Both the position numbers and the translations under genes were made by a program. Below are positions 1 through 9,379 of a DNA stretch of 64,000 bases, one piece after another. This DNA comes from Rebecca billardiae RCC1528 (taxonomy: Eukaryota; Protista; Haptophyta). The stretch is from contig OZ251235.1 in NCBI GenBank assembly GCA_965240325.2, positions 1,798,001 through 1,862,000 of the forward strand, given 5' to 3'. Numbering within the stretch: position 1 is the first letter of the stretch; each line of letters starts with the position of its first letter. The notes beneath the pieces were generated by a model that made no database searches, was not told where the DNA came from, and saw only the letters and a program-made list of their open reading frames with translations.

Positions 1-328
1 GCACACCCTGGCCTTGCCCGTAGCACGCGCCCAGATTGAACTGCGCTTGAGCACAGCCCTGTTCGGCCGCCAGCCGGCACCAGCGCGCGGCTGCCTCGAG
101 GTCCACGGGCTGACCAAGCGCGCCTGTCGCGCAAATGCCGCCCATCCTCAGCTGCGCATCGGCAAAGCCGCGCTCAGCGGCGAGGGTGTACAGGCGAAAG
201 GCTTCGCGCCCATCTTGCGCGATGCCGTCGCCATCCTCAGCCCGCCGCGCTAGAAGGAACGTCGCACGCGCGTCGCCGCGCCCCGACTTGCGCCAGAGGA
301 GACCGACCGCCGCGGAAGAGTTTGCCAT
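1..328 (-). CDS. Sel1-like repeat protein, 5' part only (tandem paralogue of 5299-6180)
   Basis: ATG at 328 reads MANSSAAVGLLWRKSGRGDARATFLLARRAEDGDGIAQDGREAFRLYTLAAERGFADAQ...AAEQGCAQAQFNLGACY, open to the window edge and nearly identical to the 5299-6180 protein. Confidence 0.85.
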   Translation of the reverse strand, partial: MANSSAAVGLLWRKSGRGDARATFLLARRAEDGDGIAQDGREAFRLYTLAAERGFADAQLRMGGICATGALGQPVDLEAAARWCRLAAEQGCAQAQFNLGACYGQGQGV

Positions 329-382
329 CGGAGCTCGATCGTCGTCAGATGACGAACTCGCAGCAGTTTACTCATACTGTAC

Positions 383-1440
383 GAGTGCACTCGAGCGAAA
401 ACGTGCCAGGCTAGGCATGCGCGGCCCAGTGCGGGCTAGGCATCGGGGGCGATGCCTAGCCCGGCCAGGCTAGGCATTCGCCCATACCCTCGCGTCTTCA
501 GAACTTTCGGAAACGAAAGTCGCGCAAAGGCGGCCCCGGTCTTCTTTCACGGCGGCGCAAGGGGCGCGGGGGCGCTGGCTCGCGATCCGAAGGGCAGTCG
601 CTCGCGACCTCGCTTGGGCGGCGGCAGCGGCGCTGCGGCATACTGTTTGCCACCCGCGCGGCTGTGTGCGATCGCGCGGTCCCGTTCGTCGCCACGCCGC
701 GCGCGACCGTTCACGGCACAGTCTTTCCGCACTGTGAGCACCCCTTGCCAGCGCACGGCGGCGGAGAGCCCAGACAGCCCGTCACGCGCGCGACGTCCTT
801 GTGGGATGCGATGTACCCAGGTTCTTTGGGTTCCCGGAGGCATGCGCTTGCCCACGGGGTGGGCAAGAGGATCATGGACGACTGCTGCGCTGTCCATGCC
901 TCGTTGACCGATTGGCAGACGATGACTCATCTTGCAGCAGTAGAGAGTGGTCTGGATGCTGAACAGGCTCACCAAAACGCAGGCGCATGCTAGCATTAGG
1001 GTGAGTACATCGCATCCCACAAGGACGTCGCGCGCGTGACGGGCTGTCTGGGCTCTCCGCCGCCGTGCGCTGGCAAGGGGTGCTCACAGTGCGGAAAGAC
1101 TGTGCCGTGAACGGTCGCGCGCGGCGTGGCGACGAACGGGACCGCGCGATCGCACACAGCCGCGCGGGTGGCAAACAGTATGCCGCAGCGCCGCTGCCGC
1201 CGCCCAAGCGAGGTCGCGAGCGACTGCCCTTCGGATCGCGAGCCAGCGCCCCCGCGCCCCTTGCGCCGCCGTGAAAGAAGACAGGGGCCGCCTTTGCGCG
1301 ACTTTCGTTTCCGAAAGTTCTGACGACGCGAGGGTATGGGCGAATGCCTAGCCTGGCCGGGCTAGGCATCGCCCCCGATGCCTAGCCCGCACTGGGCCGC
1401 GCATGCCTAGCCTGGCACGTTCGGTCGCTCGAGTGCACTC
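383..1440. mobile_element. Non-autonomous foldback DNA transposon (1058 bp) with a 5-bp TSD
   Basis: Inverted arms 383-816 and 1005-1440 with a 188-bp spacer. Termini GAGTGCACTC. TGTAC duplicated at 378-382 and 1441-1445. Subterminal GGCTAGGCAT motif occurs 4 times per arm. Confidence 0.9.
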
Positions 1441-1449
1441 TGTACGTTA

Positions 1450-3182
1450 CAGGTGGATACGGGTGATCTGGACAGTTTTTTTTTTTCCCCCTTTATAACG
1501 GTGGCCGCAACTCACGCGGAGGCCTCCCTGGGAGCATTGGGGTCGAAGGGGCGCCAGGGACGGACTTCAGGGGGTCCCTGGAGTTCCGCCGCAGCGCGCT
1601 TTCTGCGCTGCGGGCCCGTCTCCGCGCGTGGCGGCCGCAATGGCACTGTCCAATTAGCCCCTGGCACTGGCTGAGGCATGGGAATCGAGCTCAGAGACGC
1701 GCGCGCGGAGGAAAAGCGTGTGCAGCGGCTCGGACGGTTGCTCTGGGACCTACCCACGCCAGCGCAACCGCGCCTTGCCTCGGAGTCCGCCCTTCCTGAG
1801 TCCGCGCACGCGCCTTGCGGCTTGAAACGCTGGCGTTCGCCCTTGTGCGCGGGACTCACGAAACAAGGCGAAGGCGGCGAGAAGCGCGACCTGGCGCGTG
1901 CGCAGACGACGTCTCACGACCAGGTGAGTTCAGCGAACATCGTGCGCCGTCGTGGCGACCCGCCAGTGGGCGCTCGTGCTCGTTCGCCCACGAGCCCTCG
2001 CCACGAGGCCCGCCGCCCGCTGAGTGTCCAGATAGCCCCTGTGTCCAGTTAGCCCGTATCAAGGGAGTCAAGGGTGCCCGCGCCCCAGTGGCGCGCTCGG
2101 CGGATGTTGGGATACACCTTTTTGCCCGCGGCCTGCGGCGGGCGGCGGCGAGGGCGTGCTCCGCTGGCGGGGCGAGCGCACGGGGCACGGCGCTGCGGGC
2201 GCGGATGTGCCCGCGAAGCCGGCGCGTGCAGACGGGCTGTTGCGGGAGAGTATTCGGCGCCCTCCTGCGCCGCGCGACTTGCGCCACGCCTCTTTCGCCT
2301 CGGCTCAGAGCAGCGCGCACGCACGCGCCGCCTCAAGGCCAGCCTTGCCGCGCCGCAGCCGGCCGCGCGCGCGCCGTGCGCGGCGCGGTCGGGAAGGAAC
2401 GGGCGCTGCTGCCGGGCGAGATGGCAAACGCATGTGCGCACGCCATGCCGCCCCGCGGCGCCTTGATGAGCGTGTCGTCGGTCTGTTTGCATGCCTCTTC
2501 GACTTGTCACAAATGGTGTGCACGGCTGCGCGGTCGTGACCCTTGTTGGGACGATCATTGAGACACAGAATAGTGCCAGACGGGCACGCGGGCTACTCTT
2601 ACATGCATGTTCATCACCGCGTGTTCATGTAGAAGTGCTGGGTGCGACGCTTTCCTCGCGCTGATGCTCTTTCATCATCTTCTGCGAGCTCAGGTCTGGC
2701 TTCGTGCACGACAAGTGATCAGCACTCGTCAACAGCTGTGCGGATCCGTTCTCGTGCTCTTTCGCGGCGCCGCGGGGCGGCATGGCGTGCGCACATGCGT
2801 TTGTCATCTCGCCCGGCAGCAGCGCCCGTTCCTTCCCGACCGCGCCGCGCACGGCGCGCGCGCGGCCGGCTGCGGCGCGGCAAGGCTGGCCTTGAGGCGG
2901 CGCGTGCGTGCGCGCTGCTCTGAGCCGAGGCGAAAGAGGCGTGGCGCAAGTCGCGCGGCGCAGGAGGGCGCCGAATACTCTCCCGCAACAGCCCGTCTGC
3001 ACGCGCCGGCTTCGCGGGCACATCCGCGCCCGCAGCGCCGTGCCCCGTGCGCTCGCCCCGCCAGCGGAGCACGCCCTCGCCGCCGCCCGCCGCAGGCCGC
3101 GGGCAAAAAGGTGTATCCTCACATCCGCCGAGCGCGCCACTGGGGCGCGGGCACCCTTGACTCCCTTGCCCGTATCCACCTG
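1450..3182. mobile_element. Tc1/mariner/pogo-type MITE (~617 bp when reconstructed), interrupted in its right TIR by a foldback element
   Basis: Left end TA|CAGGTGGATACGGGTGATCTGGACA. Removing 2060-3168 and one TSD copy restores TGTCCAGTTAGCCCGTATCCACCTG|TA. TA flanks at 1448-1449 and 3183-3184. Confidence 0.8.
2060..3168. mobile_element. P-superfamily/Galileo-like foldback element, family A, copy 1 (1109 bp)
   Basis: 403-bp inverted arms 2060-2462 and 2766-3168. Termini CAAGGGAGTCAAGGGT. 7-bp TSD CCCGTAT at 2053-2059 and 3169-3175. Second copy at 57440-58548. Confidence 0.93.
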
Positions 3183-3215
3183 TATCTCTTTGGTGGCGGG
3201 CTGGGTCAGCCCTGG

Positions 3216-4327
3216 CAAGGGTGTCCAGGGTCCGCAACAGCCAGTGCGCAGCGCGGCAGAGGCTGTGACATCGCGAGGTCGCCGCTCGCCAGTGGCACTC
3301 GCCCGCCCACCGCCGTGCACGCCGGCGGAGCCGCTCGCGCCGTGCGCTCCTGCGGCCGTCGGAACGGGCTGCGTAGGCGGCGCGCGGCTTGGGCCGTCGC
3401 TGAGCCACCCAGTGCCCCTCGCTGCGCCGCGCGCCTTCCTCGTCCTCGCCTCCTCCGCGCCTTGAAGCAGCACGCACACGCGCGGCGCCGCCACAAAAGC
3501 AGCGCAGGCGCTCGCGTGCAAGCGCGCGCGCGCAGCGCGCGACGGACTCGACTCGGTGTTCGAGCCTCTGCGGGGACATGCAGGGCTATCACATGCGCGC
3601 GCGACGCCACCTCGAGCCTGCGCGTTTGACCGTCAGTGCACGCTGATGCACGTTACAAAATGGTCTGACTTGGCATCATCACACGTGCGACGGAAGCTTC
3701 CACAACGGGCCTTGAGTACGTCGACGCGATCGATGCGGGGACGGTCATGCTTGCGTGCGCTTCTCTTGTGGTCTCCACGCTTGCTGAGAAGCGCCGCGTA
3801 CGTAGCTGTCATCGTGTCTTGCCTAAGAAGTCGTCCTGACGCATGGCAGGTTCTGGTCAGATTGGGCCTACTTCAACACGAGGACGTGTGAGCATTTGGC
3901 GCGTGACGGTCACAGCGATGCGCAAGTTCGAGGTGGCGTCGCGCGCGCATGTGATGGTGCTGCATGCCCCCGCAGCGGCGCGAGCCCTGAGTCGAGCCCG
4001 TCGCGCGCTGCGCGCGCGCGCTTGCACGCGAGCGCCTGCGCTGCTTTCGTGGCGGCGCCGCGCGTGTGCGTGCTGCTTCAAGGCGCGGAGGAGGCGAGGA
4101 CGAGGAAGGCGCGCGGCGCAGCGAGGGGCGCTGGGTGGCTCAGCGACGGCCCACGCCGCGCGCCGCCTACGCAGCCCGTTCCGACGGCCGCAGGAGCGCA
4201 CGGCGCGAGCGGCTCCGCCGCCGTGCACGGCGGCGGGCGGGCGAGTCCCACTGGCGAGCGGCGACCTCGCGATGTCACAGCCTCTGCCGCGCTGCGCACT
4301 GGCTGTTGCGGACCCTGGACACCCTTG
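3216..4327. mobile_element. P-superfamily/Galileo-like foldback element, family B (1112 bp)
   Basis: ~420-bp inverted arms (3216-~3635 and ~3904-4327). Termini CAAGGGTGTCCAGGGT. Flanks GCCCTGG and GTCCTGG (7-bp TSD with 1 mismatch). Confidence 0.88.
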
Positions 4328-5298
4328 GTCCTGGGGAACCCCGGACGCGGGCCGGGGCTTCGTGCATGGCGGCGCTCCGAGCCTCCGCCGCGAGGCGTAG
4401 AAGCTGGTGCGCCGGCGGGAATCACGCGGGGCATGGTGCGCAGGATGCCATGTACCCTCACCGCGGCCCTCGCGTCGTTGTCCACCCACTTGCGACCTGC
4501 ACGATGCACGCGATCGCGCGCGGCGCCTGGCAAACGTCTGCGTGAGCCAAGGCAGCATCCGCGTGCCGCTTTCGTCGGCTCTGCTGAGGTACTGTGTGGG
4601 TGCGTTGTGTGAGGGAGGCTGTGAGACATGTCTCTGGTCCCCTCCGGATAGCTGCTAAGGTGCGTCTCGACCAATGCAGGCGTGGATGCTGTGTTGCGTG
4701 TGCCGTGAATCTGCTGTCGTGCCGTGCTCTCACACGGGTAGTCCGTGGCGGCTGCACGGCACCATTGAAAGTGCACTACTAGAGTCAGGCGAGGGGCAGC
4801 TTGTAGCCTCATGTACGTCAGTCACCCCAGTCCACATCCGAGTCGCCCCATGCATCACTACGGCCTCTGTGCGGATGTGACGTGTCACGGTCGCGGTCGC
4901 ACGCCGACATGCAGCACGGCTGCCCCGCCGTTGTCAGCGGAGCACGTCTGAGTCGAACTACAGGCAGAGAAGAGTTGCCGCCGCATTGGGGCACCCACAG
5001 GCCGCGCTGGGGCCATCGGCGTCGAGTCACAGCACGCGCATGGGCCGGCATTAGCTCGCTTGAGGTGTACGTACTAAAATGAAGCCCCGGGGCCGGGGCT
5101 TCGGCCTGAGTGCCTGACGACGAATGACGATGCACAGAAGACAAAGTCACAAAGTCAAATGATCTTAAGTTATATCAGTACAGTCGTACGTACTCGTCGA
5201 TCTGTACTTCGTCATTGTTACCGTATAGTCGTCAGGAATGTCAGCGCACAAGCAGTCACCACTATATCAACACGGTGGCAGCAGTTCAATGTCTTCTG

Positions 5299-6180
5299 TC
5301 AATCAGCCGCCGCTGGCGCCAGCCCTGGGTCAGCTGCGGCAGATAACGGCGGGGCTTCCCCTACTGCATGTGCCGCGCACCATGCGATGCAGTGGGGCTT
5401 GTGCACCTTCCACGAGCTGCGCAGGTGCTCACGCGAGCAGAAGACCGCCACGTGGCACCGCTCGCACTTCTTCAGACCACGGCCTGTGCGTCCGCAGTCG
5501 ATGCAGCACTGGGAGACCACCTCGCGCTCTCCAGCGAACCCAGCCACTATCACGCGCACTGTATCTCTGACGTCGGGATCGAGCTCTTGGCCACGGCGCA
5601 GCAGCCGTGCTCCCTCCTCCACGTCACGCGCCACTCCCTCACCCGACAGCGTCATCGACCCCAGCGAGACATTCGCGGGTGCGCTCTCGCCAGCCGCAGC
5701 CAGGCGGTACCAGCGCACCACCTCGCCCCAATCCTGCTGCACACCGTCGCCTTTCGCGTAGCACGTGCCCAGATTGTACTGCGCTGCAGCAAAGCCCTGC
5801 TCGGCCGCCAGCCGGTACCAGCGCACTGCCTCGCCCTGATCCTGCTGCACACCCTCGCCACGCTCGTAGCACACGCCCAGATGGAACTGCGCTTGAGCAC
5901 AGCCCTGCTCGGCCGCCAGCCGGTACCATCGCGCGGCTGCCTCGAGGTCCACGGGCTGACCAAGCGCGCCTGTCGCGCAGATGTGGCCCATCATCAGCTG
6001 CGCATCGGCAAAGCCGCGCTCAGCGGCGAGGGTGTACAGGCGAAAGGCTTCGCGCCCATCTTGCGCGGTGCCGTCGCCCTCCTCAGCCCGCTGCGCCAGA
6101 AGGAACGTCGCACGCGCGTCGCCGCGCCCCGACTTGCGCCATCGGAGGAGACCGACCGCCGCCGCGGAAGCGTTCGCCAT
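5299..6180 (-). CDS. Sel1-like repeat protein with a C-terminal MYND zinc finger
   Basis: Repeats of A.RWYRLAAEQG.A.AQ..LG.CY..GEGV.QD, followed by CIDC...LKKCERCHVAVFCSREH...WKVHKPHC. Confidence 0.93.
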   Translation of the reverse strand: MANASAAAVGLLRWRKSGRGDARATFLLAQRAEEGDGTAQDGREAFRLYTLAAERGFADAQLMMGHICATGALGQPVDLEAAARWYRLAAEQGCAQAQFHLGVCYERGEGVQQDQGEAVRWYRLAAEQGFAAAQYNLGTCYAKGDGVQQDWGEVVRWYRLAAAGESAPANVSLGSMTLSGEGVARDVEEGARLLRRGQELDPDVRDTVRVIVAGFAGEREVVSQCCIDCGRTGRGLKKCERCHVAVFCSREHLRSSWKVHKPHCIAWCAAHAVGEAPPLSAAADPGLAPAAAD

Positions 6181-6474
6181 TTGAGCGTCAGGCAGTGATT
6201 ACTGCTTCTTAGTAAACTCGTCTGCCTGACAATGTACGTGCATGCGTCATCTTGAGACTCAGCTGCCATCAGTAGTCGTCCGGTCGTATATTGTACGACC
6301 GTAAAATACAGCAGTAGCTACTATAACTAGCTATATATTAAGTCTCTCAGGCGACGTACATGGGGCCGCGCGCCAACGACATCTAAGTAGTGGAGTCACC
6401 CATCGCGTCGCATCTTCCGTCTTCGCGCGCCGTTATTGTCTGTTCGTGGCGTGTGGCGCGACGGCCGCCGCGCA

Positions 6475-7080
6475 TCACGTCTCATCCTTGGGCGGCGGCG
6501 TCTGCTCGAGCAGCTCGACGTCGTACTGCAGGTTGGAGTAGGGCGGCCGCCGGAAGCCCTCCGTCTCGCCGAACGCCATCGTGTGCGGGATCTTGATGCG
6601 TCGTCGCTCGCCGGTGCACATATCGAGCAGGCCCCTGGTGAGCCCCTCGATCATCCCCTTGTCACCGATCAGCACTTTCTTGCCCTCGGCGCCGGTGTGG
6701 AAGGTGTCATCAAACACCTTGTTCGTCTCGATCACGCGGCCGACGTACATGATGCGCGCCTTCGAGCCGTGCTGGGTCTTCACGGGGCACTTCTCGGGCA
6801 GGTGGGTAGTGTTCACGAAGAACTCGATCGGATCGTTCACCACAGTCGCCTTGTCCTCCTTAGTGCTGGCGGCTGCGGCCGCCTTGGCGCTCTCCACCGA
6901 CTGCCTCCAATTCTGGAGGTCGGCGATCACCTCGTCGATCTTGGCGAGAGCCTCGTCGTACTGTCCACCACGCGCACTTAGCTGGGCCGCGCCGAGGGAG
7001 TGCTGCCACTGCCAGAGCCGCCGATCGTCGCCCGGCGCCGCGGCGAATATGACGAGTGCAGTCCAGACGGCGGCCGCCAT
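6475..7080 (-). CDS. FKBP-type peptidyl-prolyl isomerase, secretory/ER type
   Basis: Hydrophobic N-terminus; YVGRV...VFD...MIEGLTRGLLDMCTGERRRIKIPHTMAFG...LQYDVELL; ends in KDET. Confidence 0.9.
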   Translation of the reverse strand: MAAAVWTALVIFAAAPGDDRRLWQWQHSLGAAQLSARGGQYDEALAKIDEVIADLQNWRQSVESAKAAAAASTKEDKATVVNDPIEFFVNTTHLPEKCPVKTQHGSKARIMYVGRVIETNKVFDDTFHTGAEGKKVLIGDKGMIEGLTRGLLDMCTGERRRIKIPHTMAFGETEGFRRPPYSNLQYDVELLEQTPPPKDET

Positions 7081-7283
7081 CGCGGCTCCAGATCCAAGCC
7101 TGCTGAATTTCGTCGTCGGATTCCGATTAGTTAATCACTTAATTCGGATCCGCCGACAATGATGGAGCTCGGGCATCTCATTCGATCGGGCCTCCGGTGC
7201 CACTGCTAGCATGACTCTTGGACTTTCGAGTCACGGTCGCCCGCCCAGCTCAGATGCTTCCGGCCACATGCGGAGAGCAATGC

Positions 7284-8939
7284 TCAGTCGAGATTCGCAT
7301 AATCAGCCACCAGGTCCTCCATCGCCGCGCGCGCGGATGCCACGCCGCGCGACTGGGAGGCCACGCTGCCACGCTGAGGCGCGGGCTTGGCAGCCCTCGC
7401 GCCAGCGCGCGGCGCACCGACGGCCTGCCGCGCCGAGCCACCAGTTGTGGCACTTGTGCTCTGGCTGGGCTGCCGCGGCTGCGCGCCTGGTGCGGCGCCC
7501 GGCGTGGCTGCGCTCGAGCCCGCGCGCCGAGTCGCGCCGGTCGCGCCCCCGAAGGCGCGACCGGCTGGCTGACGCCCCGCCGCAGCCGGTTTGGCGCCCG
7601 CGCGCGCCCGCGGCGCGCCCGCGGCGCGCGGCCCTGACGCGGCGCCGGGCTGCGACGCGCACGCCTGGCAGCGCACGCCGGCGGCCTTGTCGTTGGCAAA
7701 GGGCTTGCCCGCCAGCGCGGCGCCGCAGCTCGAGCAGACAAAGCAGTCCGGATGCCAGGCGGCGCCGGCCGCGCGGAGCGTGCGCCCGCCAATCGGCTCC
7801 GCGCACGCCGCGCACACCTCCAGGCTTGCAACTGCGCACTCCTCGCAGACCAGCTCGGGCGCCGCGCGGCCGGCCGGGCCGGCGGTGGCGCCTGTCGCGG
7901 CGCGAGCGCGCGAGCGCGCGCCGCCAGCCGCTTCGGCGCGGCCGGCGGCGTCGCGGCCGCGCGCCGCGCCGCGCGTGCGGTACTTGCGCCCCGAGAGCTC
8001 GCGGCCGCACTGCGCGCACGCGAAGCACGCCGCGTGCCACCGGTGCCCCCCCCTGCCGAGGGCCCCAGGGAGCTCGACCACCCGGCCGCCTCGGATGGGC
8101 TCGGCACAGGCCGCGCACGCGCCGAGCTGCCACTGCGTGCTCGAGGGGCCCGCGGCGCGCGCGGCCTCGAGCGCGGGACCGTCGCCCGAGACCGCGCGCG
8201 CGCCCACCGCCGCCTCGTCGTCCGCGTACTCCGCCGCGAGCTCGACCACCAGGACGCAGCCAAAGACCGGGTGCGAGCGCGCCGCAGCGCCGAGCCGGCC
8301 GTAGCGCGGTTCGAACAGCGCGGCGCGGTGCCCGCGCGACGCGACGCCGTCGTCGACGAGTAGGTCGAGGAGCGCGGCGCCGACGTCGGCGGGTGAGGCG
8401 GGCGAGCGCGTGCCGAACCAGATCACCTCGCCCGCCGCGCGCTTCCACGTGCCGAAGCGCCGCATGCGCTCGGCGGCCGCCGAGCCGTCTCCGCCAGTGT
8501 GGCCAGTCGCGCCACGCGCGCCCAAGTCAGCCGCGTGGTCCGCTGCGGCGCAGGTCAGGCCTGGCGCGGGCGTGAGCGCGGGCAGCGGCGCTTGGGCGCG
8601 CACAAAGGCCAGCGCCTCGCGCACCGCCGCCGCGCCCTCCTTGGTCACGACCACGCGCTTGCCACTGCCGCCATCGCTGCCGCCGTCGCTGCCGGCGGCG
8701 CGCGCGCCCGCGTCCGCGCCGCCGGCTGCTGCCACCTCAGTGTATGCGAGTGGGTCAGCGGGCGCGCCGCCGCCCGGGTGTGCCCCAAACGAGGCGAGGC
8801 GGCGCTCGAGGGCCGCGCTGGCGACGGCCACTGGCGCCGCGCGCAGCGTGCTCAGCGCCTCCGCCACGATCGCCGTGAGACGCTCGTCGCTCAGAGCGGG
8901 AGCCGGCGAGAGGGCTTGAGGGCCAGGCGCGGGCGCCAT
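7284..8939 (-). CDS. CAP (SCP/PR-1) domain protein with two LIM domains
   Basis: CAP motifs AAADHAADL...GHTGGDGS..ERM..FGTW...GEVI...LLVDDGVASRGHR. Two LIM domains of form CAACAEPI...WH..CF.C..C...C..C. Confidence 0.88.
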   Translation of the reverse strand: MAPAPGPQALSPAPALSDERLTAIVAEALSTLRAAPVAVASAALERRLASFGAHPGGGAPADPLAYTEVAAAGGADAGARAAGSDGGSDGGSGKRVVVTKEGAAAVREALAFVRAQAPLPALTPAPGLTCAAADHAADLGARGATGHTGGDGSAAAERMRRFGTWKRAAGEVIWFGTRSPASPADVGAALLDLLVDDGVASRGHRAALFEPRYGRLGAAARSHPVFGCVLVVELAAEYADDEAAVGARAVSGDGPALEAARAAGPSSTQWQLGACAACAEPIRGGRVVELPGALGRGGHRWHAACFACAQCGRELSGRKYRTRGAARGRDAAGRAEAAGGARSRARAATGATAGPAGRAAPELVCEECAVASLEVCAACAEPIGGRTLRAAGAAWHPDCFVCSSCGAALAGKPFANDKAAGVRCQACASQPGAASGPRAAGAPRARAGAKPAAAGRQPAGRAFGGATGATRRAGSSAATPGAAPGAQPRQPSQSTSATTGGSARQAVGAPRAGARAAKPAPQRGSVASQSRGVASARAAMEDLVADYANLD

Positions 8940-9159
8940 CGGTGCATGGGCATGCGCGCGGGCTCAGCGCATGGTGGCTGCTGCGGCGGCCGATGCGTGC
9001 GTCTCGGACGGCCTGCGCGCGGCGCGCCGTCGCGGTGCGACGGCGCGGCGCCGGAGTGCGCACGCGCCGAGGGTGGGTGCGCGCGGCGACGCGAGGAGGG
9101 AATCAGTGTGGAGGCCGCGCGCGCGCCCCCGCGCTCACGCCGGTGCTCGAGGCGCCCCG

Positions 9160-9247
9160 CGGAACTCAGACTGGTGCCAGCGTGAAAATCGCCACTGGGG
9201 CGAGCCCCTCGGACGGTAATTCCAATGAGCGCTAATCATCCCCGTCC
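9160..9247 (-). ncRNA. snR77: Box C/D snoRNA with two 18S rRNA guides (snR77/SNORD65-like plus a Gm562-equivalent guide)
   Basis: Minus strand: box C ATGATTA (9239-9233); guide TGGAATTACCG then D' CCGA; C'-like GTGGCGA; guide GCTGGCACCAG then D CTGA (9169-9166); terminal stem CGGGAC/GTTCCG. Both guides complement the universal 18S segment CTGGTGCCAGCAGCCGCGGTAATTCCA. Confidence 0.85.
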
Positions 9248-9297
9248 CGGGCGCCGGTGCTCCGTGCCGCGTGTGTCGCGCTTGCCGCGCCGCGCGA

Positions 9298-9379
9298 GAG
9301 GATCAGGTTGAAGACTGAGTATCAACACGGGAATTCTGCCCCGAAAGATGGTTGAGAACAGTGCATTTCATCATCCCCT
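9298..9379 (-). ncRNA. snR39B: Box C/D snoRNA, snR39B/SNORD2-like (LSU Gm805 in yeast numbering)
   Basis: Minus strand: 13-bp flanking stem GCCGCGCGAGAGG/CCTCTCGCGCGGC; box C ATGATGA (9374-9368); guide ACCATCTTTCGGG before D' CAGA, complementary to LSU CCCGAAAGATGGT; box D CTGA (9306-9303). Confidence 0.88.

Noticed and set aside
2052-3176. 9-bp TSD (GCCCGTATC) with AAGGG termini, i.e. a Mutator-like reading of family A
   Set aside because: Copy 2 supports only CAAGGG termini with a 7-bp TSD.
3545-3580. GTTCGAGCC as a tRNA T-loop
   Set aside because: No T-stem or cloverleaf; it lies inside a TE arm. No tRNA or rRNA genes were recognised in the window.
452-4812. Many overlapping ORFs of 100-340 aa in the left TE nest (and the equivalents at 57063-58661)
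   Set aside because: They lie in GC-rich inverted arms, appear mirrored on both strands and show no transposase or other motifs.
5081-5102. Hairpin GAAGCCCCGG-GG-CCGGGGCTTC as a Helitron end or terminator
   Set aside because: No CTRR terminus follows and no matching 5' end was found.
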